Counted from the stretch's first letter, positions 6,632 to 16,180 are shown. The stretch is DNA of 34,243 bases from a virus (IMGVR_UViG_3300042883_000524:1-34243), one strand, 5' to 3'. Notes: generated by a model not told the origin, from the sequence alone. Translations and numbers: made by a program.

Positions 6632-6637
6632 AGTTCT

Positions 6638-7120
6638 TTATATTTTTGGATAAGTTAATCCGTTTACGTCTTTGAAACTATCTCCTGTATCTAGTTTACG
6701 CTTCAAACTTTGCCACGTATGACCAAATGCCTTTTGGAAATGTGGATAATCCTTAAAATTTTTCCAATCTCCACCCCATTCATAACCTTTAGATTTAAAA
6801 TAGTCTACTACTACTTTGTGATATGGTGACTTTAAATCCCATTCAATAGTTTCAAAAGTTCCGTTATTGTCTTTATCTAACATGATAACGTAATCAAAAG
6901 CTAAACCATAATTATGTATTGATTGACCTCCTTTAGCATTCGTTACTTTAGGTTTTTGGCTATATAGTACGTTTTGTTCTGCTATGCTTCGGTAAACGTA
7001 AGCAAAACGCAATCTAACACCTTTTGGAAGTAAGTTATTACATTCAATGTAATATTGTTTCAACTCTTCCCTAATCTTTGGGTGAGCTTGTGCAATTCGA
7101 TCAATCGTTAGCTTGTCCAT
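6638..7120 (-). CDS. endolysin, M15 family L-Ala-D-Glu peptidase
   Basis: YRSIAEQNVLY, SIHNYGLAFD and WGGDWKNFKDYPHFQ zinc-peptidase motifs. Confidence 0.92.
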   Translation of the reverse strand: MDKLTIDRIAQAHPKIREELKQYYIECNNLLPKGVRLRFAYVYRSIAEQNVLYSQKPKVTNAKGGQSIHNYGLAFDYVIMLDKDNNGTFETIEWDLKSPYHKVVVDYFKSKGYEWGGDWKNFKDYPHFQKAFGHTWQSLKRKLDTGDSFKDVNGLTYPKI

Positions 7121-7301
7121 TATCTTCTATTGCTAAGTGAGAAATACTTTTGATTGTAGCTCCTGCTGTTAATAATACACCTCCTACGATTGGGAGTGGA
7201 GTTACTAATACACCACCTACAATAGTAAGTGCTACGCCTACTTTACCGATTTTTACCCAAAACTTAGGTCTTGGCGCTTTTATTCTATCGATTAATTTCA
7301 T
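7101..7301 (-). CDS. small membrane protein, holin-like
   Basis: Basic N-terminus followed by a hydrophobic hairpin (VGVALTIVGGVLVTPLPIVGGVLLTAGA); directly upstream of the endolysin. Confidence 0.6.
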   Translation of the reverse strand: MKLIDRIKAPRPKFWVKIGKVGVALTIVGGVLVTPLPIVGGVLLTAGATIKSISHLAIEDNGQAND

Positions 7302-7303
7302 AT

Positions 7304-7918
7304 CTATTTAGTTGTTAAAATTGTACCTATTTCGTTTGTTAAGCTCTTAAATTCGTGGTAATCAAATTCTCCTTTATATTCTTCCTTTACAAAATCTAAA
7401 CCTATATACGCCACGAAATTACCATCTAGGAAATAAGGTGCTATGTATAGACTTTTTATCCCTTGTTTTTTTAATGAAATCTTTGTGCTAGTTTCCTTAA
7501 TATTGTCTATACATTGGTATTGCAACCTATCTAGCAATATCTGCTGTAAGAATACGGGAAATAAGCTAACGGGTAAATTTTGCAAGTTAGCAGCTTCAGA
7601 AGATATGCCGTTAGCACACACTTCAAAACTCATTGATTGATGGTTACGATGATTGCCGTCGTAGTACATAATTGAGTTGTGAAATTGGAATATGTACGCA
7701 CGATCTGCTTTATATCTTAATATAAGGTCGTTTAGCATTTGTTGAACTAGAACATTATTGTTAATATCTTTCTTAACCTCGTCTACCTTTACTTTGGATT
7801 CCACTACTTCCGTAATCAAAGGTTTGTAATAAAATAATACAAAAGCGATAAGTAGAACAATAACAACTAGTGTTTTCATTTTGCGTAATTGCTCTAATAT
7901 CCCTCGTAGTTCGTTCAT
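7304..7918 (-). CDS. putative holin with a single TMD and a GAF-like domain (T4 gpT-like)
   Basis: Amphipathic N-helix, TMD LVVIVLLIAFVLFYY, and GAF signatures ADRAYIFQFH and GIKSLYIAPYF...VAYIGLDF; located in the lysis cassette. Confidence 0.65.
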   Translation of the reverse strand: MNELRGILEQLRKMKTLVVIVLLIAFVLFYYKPLITEVVESKVKVDEVKKDINNNVLVQQMLNDLILRYKADRAYIFQFHNSIMYYDGNHRNHQSMSFEVCANGISSEAANLQNLPVSLFPVFLQQILLDRLQYQCIDNIKETSTKISLKKQGIKSLYIAPYFLDGNFVAYIGLDFVKEEYKGEFDYHEFKSLTNEIGTILTTK

Positions 7919-8151
7919 TATATAAATTCAGTAATTATAGGATTATAATCAATTTCAGGTAATGTCAATAACCATGCGTCACACGGAATTGACTCAGCCT
8001 GTTGCAAAGTACATCCGTTTACTTCTTCATTTGAAATAAACCAAACCCCGTTTGCGTCAATTTGTGGATTGAATAATTGACCTTGAAACCCCCATACTTT
8101 ACCAACAAGGATATTCTTTTGTTCTAGTGTTAATTGTCTTACTTTAATCAT
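7918..8151 (-). CDS. hypothetical protein (LamG-gene-associated)
   Basis: 77-aa ORF coupled to both neighbours. Confidence 0.7.
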   Translation of the reverse strand: MIKVRQLTLEQKNILVGKVWGFQGQLFNPQIDANGVWFISNEEVNGCTLQQAESIPCDAWLLTLPEIDYNPIITEFI

Positions 8152-8153
8152 AA

Positions 8154-8894
8154 TTAATAAGGATAAAATTTGCCTACTCCAGCGTTATATAATTCCGTTA
8201 TTTCTGTTGAGCTTAGCTCTTTATTCCAAATGTTTAGTTCATCCACTTCACTTCCACTTTTCATTAATCCGTCAACAGTAGTATTTCCGTACTTATAACA
8301 ACCTATAGATGGTGAATGCGTAGTATTATATAAAGGTGTAACTGTTGATGAATTAGAGGTTGCTAAAGTTCCATTTGTATATATTTTACTGCCTACTCCG
8401 CTTTTAAATGTAATGGTTACATGTGACCAAGTATTTTCAAAAGAAGAGATAGCTGTTGTTAGATTTACACCTGTAGAACCGTTAACAATCCAGTAAAGTA
8501 CATTACCTGCTACATATACCATGTACCCCCTTGCATTCCCTGCGTTTTGTGCTGATTCATAATAGTTACTAAAAGGTACTTGTTCGGAATTTAAAGAAGT
8601 AAATAACACCCAAAAAGAAATACTAAAATCTCCAGTGAAATTAAAAGAGTTGTTAGGTAAATTAACGTAGGCATTAGTTCCATTAAAAGTAAAAGCATTA
8701 CCACTCTTGCCGCCACTATAAGTTAACCCACCTTGTGCAGTTCCGTTGTATGTAGCTAGTGAATCGTTTGCGTTTGATTCAGCTTTATATACAGCATACA
8801 AACTAGTGTTAAGTGGATTAACGCTCCCTCCTCGCATTACTGTAGCCTTTAATGTTGGAACGTGATTATTAAGGATTCCGTATCCGTACAGCAT
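8154..8894 (-). CDS. LamG/concanavalin-A-like lectin domain virion protein (putative receptor or glycan binding)
   Basis: AFTFNGTNAYV, FSISFWV, WSHVTIT, IYTNG and DELNIWNKELSSTEITELYN. Confidence 0.85.
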   Translation of the reverse strand: MLYGYGILNNHVPTLKATVMRGGSVNPLNTSLYAVYKAESNANDSLATYNGTAQGGLTYSGGKSGNAFTFNGTNAYVNLPNNSFNFTGDFSISFWVLFTSLNSEQVPFSNYYESAQNAGNARGYMVYVAGNVLYWIVNGSTGVNLTTAISSFENTWSHVTITFKSGVGSKIYTNGTLATSNSSTVTPLYNTTHSPSIGCYKYGNTTVDGLMKSGSEVDELNIWNKELSSTEITELYNAGVGKFYPY

Positions 8895-8895
8895 A

Positions 8896-9165
8896 CTAAC
8901 CTAAGATAAGATTAACCGAACCGCTTGTTAAATCAACACCGCTAAATAACACACCCTGTCCTGTAATTAACGCACCAGCTTTAACGGCAGTAGCAGGAGT
9001 AGTAATATATGTAGACTTAACGTCTACACCTCCAACTTTAATTGCATTGAAAACCGTATCTTCTAATACGAAAATTCCAGCAATTGTAGCAGTTACTTCT
9101 GTAGTGTCATTAACTAATTTAGTTCCTTTCGTAGCAACTAATCTGTCTAAATTTGGTAAACTCAT
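8896..9165 (-). CDS. small structural protein (89 aa)
   Basis: Start reassigned to ATG 9165 (MSLPNLDRL), 2 nt after the upstream stop; beta-rich. Confidence 0.7.
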   Translation of the reverse strand: MSLPNLDRLVATKGTKLVNDTTEVTATIAGIFVLEDTVFNAIKVGGVDVKSTYITTPATAVKAGALITGQGVLFSGVDLTSGSVNLILG

Positions 9166-9167
9166 AT

Positions 9168-9617
9168 CTATTTTATTATTTTGATTTCTAATATTGTATT
9201 TGTAAGCAATCCATCTGCAACGGTTGACGCTGTACAATTTGTAATATCTAATTGAGTAGTGCTTGTAACTATAACACCAGCGGATAAATCTAGTATGTTA
9301 TCTCCTAGCGTTATTTGACAAAATGTCTTGTTAGATGTAAATAAGGCACTAGACGATGTTAACCTATAATTACCAACGCTCAACCTTGACCATGTAAATG
9401 TTTGTGTAACCTCGTCCGTGTAACTATAATTAACAGTTGGAGCAGATGTACCCGTTTGGCTTATGTTAAACATTACCGTTTTAAATGGTCTTATATTTGC
9501 GCCTGTAACAGACTTAGTATCGTATGTAGCTCCGTTGTAATCAGAGATAATAACCAAATCATCATCTTGTAACTGTGATGCCTTCGCTGTTAGTTCGCTT
9601 ATCTTTTTGTTTGCCAT
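9168..9617 (-). CDS. fibre/appendage-type structural protein
   Basis: N-terminal KKISELT...DDLVIISD...TKSVT motif typical of phage fibre modules; Thr/Ser-rich beta C-terminus. Confidence 0.6.
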   Translation of the reverse strand: MANKKISELTAKASQLQDDDLVIISDYNGATYDTKSVTGANIRPFKTVMFNISQTGTSAPTVNYSYTDEVTQTFTWSRLSVGNYRLTSSSALFTSNKTFCQITLGDNILDLSAGVIVTSTTQLDITNCTASTVADGLLTNTILEIKIIK

Positions 9618-9693
9618 CTTTATTTATCTTCTTTAGATATAACTCTAATTTAATAACATTGTTTTGTTTAGGCTTGTAAACCTCTCTAATCAT
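9562..9693 (-). CDS. small basic protein (43 aa)
   Basis: MIREVYKPKQNNVIKLELYLKKINKDG...; ATGA-coupled to the adaptor gene and overlapping the next gene. Confidence 0.4.
   Translation of the reverse strand: MIREVYKPKQNNVIKLELYLKKINKDGKQKDKRTNSEGITVTR
9641..9662 (-). promoter_or_regulatory. putative late promoter ACAA-N14-AGTT
   Basis: AAAACAATGTTATTAAATTAGAGTTATAT, upstream of the fibre/lysis genes. Confidence 0.55.
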
Positions 9694-10190
9694 AAATACC
9701 AATTTGATAAATAATTCTTCTTTTGTGGGACAACATCTCCATTGGTGTTGGTTTGATACTCAGGAAATAATGCTTCGTTATCACACATATAATCTAGGAA
9801 TCTTTGCGCGTAATTCTCTGCAATACGTTTCTCTTTCTCAACCAAATAATCAACCTCCTCCTTGCTTACTATTTCAGCATTCTCAGAACTATGCTTATAC
9901 AATCCTTTATTAGAAATCGAATACGCTGCAAATGGTAAATATTCCACCATCGTAAAGTGAATCAGCATCGGTTTAAGATATGTATTTACCAATGTAGCAT
10001 AATTACCCGTCAACGTACTTGCTGCAATGTCATTCTTAACCTTATTCATTAAGTCAGTGCCAACGTATTGCAACACCCAAATATCTTGAGCTATCTTTAT
10101 AAATGGTATTATCTTGTCCGTGTCAACATTGCCATTCAATGCCGTATACGCTTGTAAATCTGCTTTTCCTATTAATAATGCTTCTGCCAT
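9690..10190 (-). CDS. putative head-tail adaptor / head completion protein
   Basis: Helical 166-aa protein directly after the portal; the call rests on position and size. Confidence 0.55.
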   Translation of the reverse strand: MAEALLIGKADLQAYTALNGNVDTDKIIPFIKIAQDIWVLQYVGTDLMNKVKNDIAASTLTGNYATLVNTYLKPMLIHFTMVEYLPFAAYSISNKGLYKHSSENAEIVSKEEVDYLVEKEKRIAENYAQRFLDYMCDNEALFPEYQTNTNGDVVPQKKNYLSNWYL

Positions 10191-11926
10191 TAGTTGAATC
10201 GTTTATTTGTTGGTAAGAATCCATTGTACGGCATATCTGTTGGTCTTTGATATACACGTTTGTCATTTGTTGGTGCAATTTCACCAGCTTTTCTAACCTT
10301 AGCTGGTGTAAGTGTTTTTGATATTTCTTGAGCTTTAGGTGAATTAGCATCAGATTTACGTAAATACGTTTCTCTCATCCATTTATGATGGCAATCTCCA
10401 CCGCCCTTGTACAACCAAATTGAATATGTATCTGCGCCCTCTGGTCCCCATCCTTCATTTACTGCTTGTGAACCCATATTAATAATATCTTCTTTACGAT
10501 ATATCTTATTTAATTGTACCATTTTCTTGCAGAAATCTCTAGTATTGTCAGAAACACCACCAACATATCTATATCGATGCTTGAAAATAGCACCGTCTTG
10601 GTCTGACTTTATGTTAGGTCTTGCTGTTCCTGTAGAAACTAGGTTAACAATTTTAGATAATAACGTTTTTTTTGGTGAATTTAATGCTTCAAGTTCGGCA
10701 TCTAACTCATCCTCTAAGTCATAATCAACCTCTCTGCTATCTATTCTTATGTATTCGTGTCCATCAATCCACTCAATATGCTCCTCTGCACTCATTTCAA
10801 TACCTGTTTCTTCAACTACTTGGTCAGTAGATTGTGCATTTGATAAGTCTACGAATTCTAAAGGCTGTAAAGTCTTGAAATATAGCTTCAAAGATACACC
10901 GTTGAATGCTAATATACTATCCAATGCTTCTAATATTACCTCTTGTTTTGGTCTTATTACCATGTTATCAAACAAAATAACACTATTCTTTAACTCATCC
11001 GCATTAGCACTAAAGCCTGTAGTTGTAGCAATACCAAATATCAAAGGAGATGTAACACAATGTCCTGTTAAAATCTTACTTCTACACTCGTCTGACAAGT
11101 ATTGATAATGTTCTGGCGCATCATTTAATGGCACGCTATCGATTGTAGTCTTTTTAGCTTCATCTTCATTGAATGAAACTACAATTTTCTTGCCTGTTGA
11201 TCCTGTTAATTTGCTTATAACACTTCTTGCAATTTCATCTTTTTGCTCATCGGATGGTACAGAGTTGTTAAAGTTAACAATCGTAGTCGGACTGAATCCG
11301 TTAGAAACTTCATTAATAAGATACTCACTAATTTTTTCTTCAAGTACAGTATATTCAAGCGCACCTTGGTAATCAACACGACTAAAATACTTAGCTCCTA
11401 CTGAATAAGGCTGTATCATTAATATCTCAATCTCAGATTTACCCTCACCAAACGCGTCGAATCTCTTAGGCACAAACTTTTTAGGATCCTCCCAATTATC
11501 GGAATAGTAATAACCTACAATATTCCCGTCTTTGTCGCACTTCTCAGGACGTAATAATTGTACAGGAATATGATACACCTTAACAACATTCTTGTGTCCT
11601 TTATCGTAATGTATCTGAAACGCTCCTTGACCTAATAAATATAAGTCTTGTATTACTCTACGCAAGTCATTTGCTGTAAAAAGAGTCAACATTTGAGCGT
11701 AATCATTTGGCTTTTTAGACGCATCTAACGCACTTAAACCTTTACCGTAGATTAATCTGCTAATATTGTTTACTACTGCTGAATGAGTAGCACTATTCGA
11801 ATATCTATCTATTAAGAATTGGAAGTAATTATTATCCTCACCATAATTAACCCAATCATTACGCTTGTCTTCCGTAACTACAGGTGATGTGTATGCAGAT
11901 AATTCTATAACGTGGTTACTAGTCAT
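10190..11926 (-). CDS. portal protein with a C-terminal head-morphogenesis-like (MuF/gp7-like) extension
   Basis: Portal-like N-terminal ~370 aa (DLYLLGQGAFQI, HIPVQLLRP, NGFSPTTIV, ILTGHCVTSPLIFGI, IRPKQ); acidic linker; then RDFC...KGGGDCHHKW. Confidence 0.8.
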   Translation of the reverse strand: MTSNHVIELSAYTSPVVTEDKRNDWVNYGEDNNYFQFLIDRYSNSATHSAVVNNISRLIYGKGLSALDASKKPNDYAQMLTLFTANDLRRVIQDLYLLGQGAFQIHYDKGHKNVVKVYHIPVQLLRPEKCDKDGNIVGYYYSDNWEDPKKFVPKRFDAFGEGKSEIEILMIQPYSVGAKYFSRVDYQGALEYTVLEEKISEYLINEVSNGFSPTTIVNFNNSVPSDEQKDEIARSVISKLTGSTGKKIVVSFNEDEAKKTTIDSVPLNDAPEHYQYLSDECRSKILTGHCVTSPLIFGIATTTGFSANADELKNSVILFDNMVIRPKQEVILEALDSILAFNGVSLKLYFKTLQPLEFVDLSNAQSTDQVVEETGIEMSAEEHIEWIDGHEYIRIDSREVDYDLEDELDAELEALNSPKKTLLSKIVNLVSTGTARPNIKSDQDGAIFKHRYRYVGGVSDNTRDFCKKMVQLNKIYRKEDIINMGSQAVNEGWGPEGADTYSIWLYKGGGDCHHKWMRETYLRKSDANSPKAQEISKTLTPAKVRKAGEIAPTNDKRVYQRPTDMPYNGFLPTNKRFN

Positions 11927-12296
11927 TTAATATAAATTCGTTAGTTGTTGTGTTTTCAATATATCTATTGTTGTTTACTGAATAATCTCTAATATCTAGG
12001 AATCCCTGAGAGATATCTATTTGAGATGTACATAATATTTTACCTCTATAATTTACGTATGCTTCAGTATTCACATACATTATCGCTCTATACGTATGTC
12101 CTTCCTTTAACGCTGGATTAATCGTAATTGTAACCGTATCGTAATAATCTCCGTTAGTAGTACCTGACAAAGTTATTACTCTACTTACATTTGTTTCTTC
12201 ATCAATAATCTTAATTTTATTCGCACGTGTACCCTCAAAATCTCGTTGAGTAACAACAAAGGCTTGAGATGTAGATATAGGTTTAAGTATTATCAT
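11919..12296 (-). CDS. structural protein (125 aa)
   Basis: Start reassigned to ATG 12296 (MIILKP) from the promoter motif and the upstream terminator. Confidence 0.7.
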   Translation of the reverse strand: MIILKPISTSQAFVVTQRDFEGTRANKIKIIDEETNVSRVITLSGTTNGDYYDTVTITINPALKEGHTYRAIMYVNTEAYVNYRGKILCTSQIDISQGFLDIRDYSVNNNRYIENTTTNEFILND

Positions 12297-12304
12297 ATTA
12301 ATAT

Positions 12305-12326
12305 AACTACAAGAAATACATTTTGT
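12305..12326 (-). promoter_or_regulatory. putative late promoter ACAA-N14-AGTT
   Basis: TTTAAAACAAAATGTATTTCTTGTAGTT-N8-ATG(12296); lies right after a terminator. Confidence 0.7.
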
Positions 12327-12335
12327 TTTAAACAC

Positions 12336-12368
12336 AAAAAGGGATGCCGAACTTAATCGACACCCCTT
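12336..12368 (-). terminator. rho-independent terminator
   Basis: AAGGGGTGTCGA-TTAAGT-TCGGCATCCCTT-TTT. Confidence 0.85.
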
Positions 12369-12391
12369 CTTAGCCTAGTGAACTATTTAGA

Positions 12392-12940
12392 CTATGAAGT
12401 AACTAGAGTAGCACTTGTAAATAATGCCAACATCGCAGTAGATGTTGATGCGTTCAAGAAGTTAGCTGGCACTTTCTCATCTGCAACGAAATTCAAAGAA
12501 TATCCTGAAGCAGACTTCATTTCACCACCCGTTGAAATTGTACCCCCTACAACATCTGCACCTTGCTCAAGCCCCATGATGAAGAACTGATCGTTATTAG
12601 TTTGTACCACGATGTGAGGACGACCATAAGACAACAATTTGATTTGCTTATGCGTAGCAATATCTTGATGCTTTAATCTAATGTTTAATTTTTGACTGAA
12701 ATAAGTAGTCCCAGCATTACGATCAGATACAACATCTTGATCGAAAGTATTGTCTACTCCTTTTAATTCGTACTTGTACAAAGTATCTACGTTAGTAATT
12801 GCTGTAATCATATCCGTATCCGTTGCGTCATACGTCACGTCAGCTCTAGCTATTTGGTAATTGATAAAGTAAACAGCTTTAAGTCCTCCAACTTGGTCCT
12901 TACATTGTTCTACTCTACCTTTTGCAATATCACATGCCAT
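12392..12940 (-). CDS. putative major tail (tube) protein
   Basis: 182-aa beta-rich protein after the MCP with its own terminator (GGLKAVYF, GTTYFSQKL, SGYSLNFVADE). Confidence 0.65.
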   Translation of the reverse strand: MACDIAKGRVEQCKDQVGGLKAVYFINYQIARADVTYDATDTDMITAITNVDTLYKYELKGVDNTFDQDVVSDRNAGTTYFSQKLNIRLKHQDIATHKQIKLLSYGRPHIVVQTNNDQFFIMGLEQGADVVGGTISTGGEMKSASGYSLNFVADEKVPANFLNASTSTAMLALFTSATLVTS

Positions 12941-12963
12941 GAGTTTATAGTTTTAATGTTTAT

Positions 12964-12997
12964 AAAAAAAGGGAGGAGCGTTTAATTCCCCTCCCCT
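12964..12997 (-). terminator. rho-independent terminator after the MCP
   Basis: GGGAGGGG...CTCCTCCC-TTTTTTT. Confidence 0.85.
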
Positions 12998-13019
12998 AGT
13001 ATTGATATTCAGCTATTTA

Positions 13020-13973
13020 CTAATTTGCTGAATTTGTGATTCCGTATGTAACCAAATCTGAAACAGAATGGTAGTTAACAGCGTAACCAGCTCTCATTAC
13101 GATTCTTACATTGTCATCTCCTAATGTCTCAGCAGTGTCAATTAATCGTACTTCGTTAGCATCGTTCAATAAACCGCAACCGAAAAACAAGTTAGAAGTT
13201 TGAGCAGCTAACATTTGTTGTGCAGTCAATCCGTTTGCTACGAATAATGGAATGCCACCATAAGTTAAGTTTCCGTTAGTGTACCATTGAGTACCTTTAT
13301 TATCTGTACCATTGTTAGATGTAGCAGCTACACCGAAACCACCTAGTGCAGAGATGTATGCCTTAGCAATGTTTTGAGATACATAGATTTTCAAATCATC
13401 AGCTCCGTAAACTGCTGCTGGGATAGCTTTGTAAACTTTTTCAAGCTCTTCGATAACGTTTGATGCAGTAACAGTTGTACCCGCCACTTCATTTGCAGTT
13501 GGTAAAGCAGCATCAGTAGTTAACAAAGTCATGATACCCGCAACTTGTCCGTCAGTAGCATTAACACCATTCCAAATAGAAGACTCAATTGCAGATGCAA
13601 CTTTCTCTACTACGAACGCAAGTAAGTAATCAGCAAATGATTTAGCTAATACTTTGTTTGCAGAATACCCCATTTCTTCTGATTGCCAAGAAGTAATGTA
13701 GTCTTTTTTACATAAAGATAAATTAACTTGGAAGTTTTCTAAAATTAATGTACGTTCAGTAATTGTAACCGTAGAAGTAGCAGAGAAATCACAACTAGCA
13801 TTTGCTAAAAGTCCATCTGTACTCAATTTGTTAATTACCGCTTTGTATGCGATGTTAGGCATGATAGTCATACCTCCGTTTGCTAATGTGTTACCGCTTA
13901 ATAAAGCAGCTTTAACCCACATTCCTGAATGTTGACCAGCATATGTAGTCGTTAATGATGTAATTGTTGCCAT
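13020..13973 (-). CDS. major capsid protein
   Basis: 317 aa; follows the protease and acidic scaffold and is followed by a terminator; HK97-like pattern (ESSIWNG, YGGIPLFV). Confidence 0.85.
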   Translation of the reverse strand: MATITSLTTTYAGQHSGMWVKAALLSGNTLANGGMTIMPNIAYKAVINKLSTDGLLANASCDFSATSTVTITERTLILENFQVNLSLCKKDYITSWQSEEMGYSANKVLAKSFADYLLAFVVEKVASAIESSIWNGVNATDGQVAGIMTLLTTDAALPTANEVAGTTVTASNVIEELEKVYKAIPAAVYGADDLKIYVSQNIAKAYISALGGFGVAATSNNGTDNKGTQWYTNGNLTYGGIPLFVANGLTAQQMLAAQTSNLFFGCGLLNDANEVRLIDTAETLGDDNVRIVMRAGYAVNYHSVSDLVTYGITNSAN

Positions 13974-13982
13974 AGTTTATTT

Positions 13983-14582
13983 TTATTTATAAATTGTTTC
14001 TAAAATGTTATCGCGAATACTTCTCGCTTTTCCTGGTGTTAAGTCGATATGCTCGATTGGTTTTGAATTCTCAGGATTGAATTGTATAGGTTTTGGCTCT
14101 TCTGCTAGCTCAACAACCACTTCTTCAGTAACCTTAGAAAGCTCAACAATTTTAGCTTCTAACTCTGCAATCTTTTCTTCCAATGCGGAAAAATGTTGCT
14201 CTTCAACTTGTGAACGTACGATCTTTTTTACCTTCGCTTGTTCAGGTGTTTTTTCAGCTTCAACTGGTACTTCAGTTTCTGCTTCTGCAGGATTCTCTTC
14301 AGTAGGTTCAGCTTCAACAATAGAATCAATGATTCCTTCTTGCTTAACTACTAAGATTTTGCCATCCGCTAGTTCATATTCACCAACAGGAAGCGGCACA
14401 GGTTCAGCATCGGTTACAACGATAAAAACGTTCTCCCCAGCCTCAAACATATCAGCTTGAATAGTAGTCATACCATCAGCCAATACTTGGTCTTCTAACT
14501 TCGTGTCTAATACTTCAGGTTCTACACCTGTCAATTCAACAAGGAAGTTTTTAACCTTTTTTAAAAGTGTTTCTTTTTCCAT
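13983..14582 (-). CDS. capsid scaffolding protein
   Basis: Very acidic, contains a coiled coil (LEEKIAELEAKIVEL), immediately upstream of the MCP. Confidence 0.7.
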   Translation of the reverse strand: MEKETLLKKVKNFLVELTGVEPEVLDTKLEDQVLADGMTTIQADMFEAGENVFIVVTDAEPVPLPVGEYELADGKILVVKQEGIIDSIVEAEPTEENPAEAETEVPVEAEKTPEQAKVKKIVRSQVEEQHFSALEEKIAELEAKIVELSKVTEEVVVELAEEPKPIQFNPENSKPIEHIDLTPGKARSIRDNILETIYK

Positions 14583-14590
14583 ATCTTATT

Positions 14591-14612
14591 AACTAATTAT
14601 TAATTACTTTGT
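14591..14612 (-). promoter_or_regulatory. putative late promoter ACAA-N14-AGTT
   Basis: TTTAAAACAAAGTAATTAATAATTAGTT-N8-ATG(14582). Confidence 0.7.
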
Positions 14613-14618
14613 TTTAAA

Positions 14619-14816
14619 TTACCCTCTTGCTTCAGAGATAACTCGCTCAGTTACAACGTGGTTAATCGTTGATGTAGATTGTTCTGACTCGCGTCCAATT
14701 CCTTGTGCTGGCAATGATCCGTCGCAACATTCAGTAGAGTATTTTCCATCTTTACATAGACACCCTCTTTTCCCTCCTTTTGGTGATGACTTTGAAACTT
14801 TTACTTTCTTTTCCAT
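14619..14816 (-). CDS. small basic Cys-rich protein
   Basis: SPKGGKRGCLCKDGKYSTECCDG. Confidence 0.7.
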   Translation of the reverse strand: MEKKVKVSKSSPKGGKRGCLCKDGKYSTECCDGSLPAQGIGRESEQSTSTINHVVTERVISEARG

Positions 14817-14830
14817 GATTATTTATTTAT

Positions 14831-16180
14831 TTATACTGGTATTTTTACTACATTAAAATTAAAATCTGTTACTCTTATATCCGTTGAACTTGTATTTCTT
14901 ACAAATAGTTCTACATAATCATTCGCAACCATTTCCACAACTGCTTGTGTACTTCCCCCATGCTCAACGTTTGATGTTGTAGTTCTAACTATCCCCTCAC
15001 TTTCAGCTATTGCAGTTCCATTTTTAGCCACTCCAATACTAATTAATTGATTCGTGCCACCGCTTCGAACTGTTACATTTAATGTTACTAAGAATGAGTT
15101 TGTAAAAGCACCATTATATGTAAGTCTATTTGTTGTGTGCGTGAATTTTGAATTAGTCCCTGAAGTAGTTGTACCTGTAGCTTTAACCCAAACATTTACG
15201 TTTGACACTCCGATAGATGTATCGGTTGTATTGTTAAGCATATACATAAAGCCTTTTGTAGAAGTGTTTGTAATACCCACACAATTCACAAACAATGCCT
15301 TGTTATCCGTATATGTCACACCACTCGTATACGTTCCACCACCGCTGAAGTTTACTGTATCTAATATGTATCTCTCACTAGAAATCGTAGCACTCGCATC
15401 AACACTTATCCCTGTTTCGCCACTCAATACTACAAATGAAGAATATATAATTCTAAATCTTCTACTTACAGTTAGTGTACTTGGAAGGATTAACGCAGTA
15501 GAAGTTGTAGCGCAATCAAATAAGCAATTACTCATTCCGATAGTTCCAATTGTTCCGTCAAAAGTTAGGTTACCACTATTCAAAAATGCACTATCACTCA
15601 TCACAAAGTTGGTGTAGTCTTTAATAGTTCCAACCGTAGCACAATCCGTAAAGTTCACACCGAACCAATCTAGTGCAGTAGTAGTTCCGTCACCATCTAG
15701 ATTTAAAGCAGTACCATGAGTGATTGTTATATTTCTAATAGGCAAAGAATATACCGACGTAATTAATGCAGTAGATGAACTTAGCCCCGTAGATTTAAGG
15801 ATACAATTCTCAGATGATCCACCGATAATAACACTATTTACACCAGCTACAATCCTATCTCCTGTTAAGTCAATTGTCTTTGTGATAAAGTATGTATAGT
15901 TATTAGCCAATGTAATTACACCACTAACCGCTGTAGGTAAATCTAATTTAGAAAAAACAAATACAAATTCATTGCCAGCTAAACCTGTAGACGTTGGAAA
16001 TAATTCAACAATCGTACTACCATAACGTGTATAATTTAATCCGTTTGTTGTATCTAGGTAAAGCTCTCCCTCGTAAATATCACTAGCTAGCCACGTCCCA
16101 TCGGTATGGTCTGAGCTACTTGGAATAGTAGGAGCGCCAGCGCCTTTCTTTATTATTATTCTTCTTGTTTCGTTAGCCAT
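14831..16180 (-). CDS. fibre/spike protein (beta-helix-like core, C-terminal C1q/BclA-like domain)
   Basis: N-terminal fibre motif (IIIKKG...YEGELYLDTTNG); Thr/Ser/Gly-rich beta repeats; C-terminal VEMVANDYVELFVRN. Confidence 0.65.
   Translation of the reverse strand: MANETRRIIIKKGAGAPTIPSSSDHTDGTWLASDIYEGELYLDTTNGLNYTRYGSTIVELFPTSTGLAGNEFVFVFSKLDLPTAVSGVITLANNYTYFITKTIDLTGDRIVAGVNSVIIGGSSENCILKSTGLSSSTALITSVYSLPIRNITITHGTALNLDGDGTTTALDWFGVNFTDCATVGTIKDYTNFVMSDSAFLNSGNLTFDGTIGTIGMSNCLFDCATTSTALILPSTLTVSRRFRIIYSSFVVLSGETGISVDASATISSERYILDTVNFSGGGTYTSGVTYTDNKALFVNCVGITNTSTKGFMYMLNNTTDTSIGVSNVNVWVKATGTTTSGTNSKFTHTTNRLTYNGAFTNSFLVTLNVTVRSGGTNQLISIGVAKNGTAIAESEGIVRTTTSNVEHGGSTQAVVEMVANDYVELFVRNTSSTDIRVTDFNFNVVKIPV

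Noticed and set aside
10123-10350. 75-aa minus-strand ORF
   Set aside because: Out-of-frame overlap of the portal and adaptor genes, with no motif.
8154-16180. Diversity-generating retroelement acting on the fibre or LamG genes
   Set aside because: No reverse transcriptase and no template/variable repeat pair was noticed.
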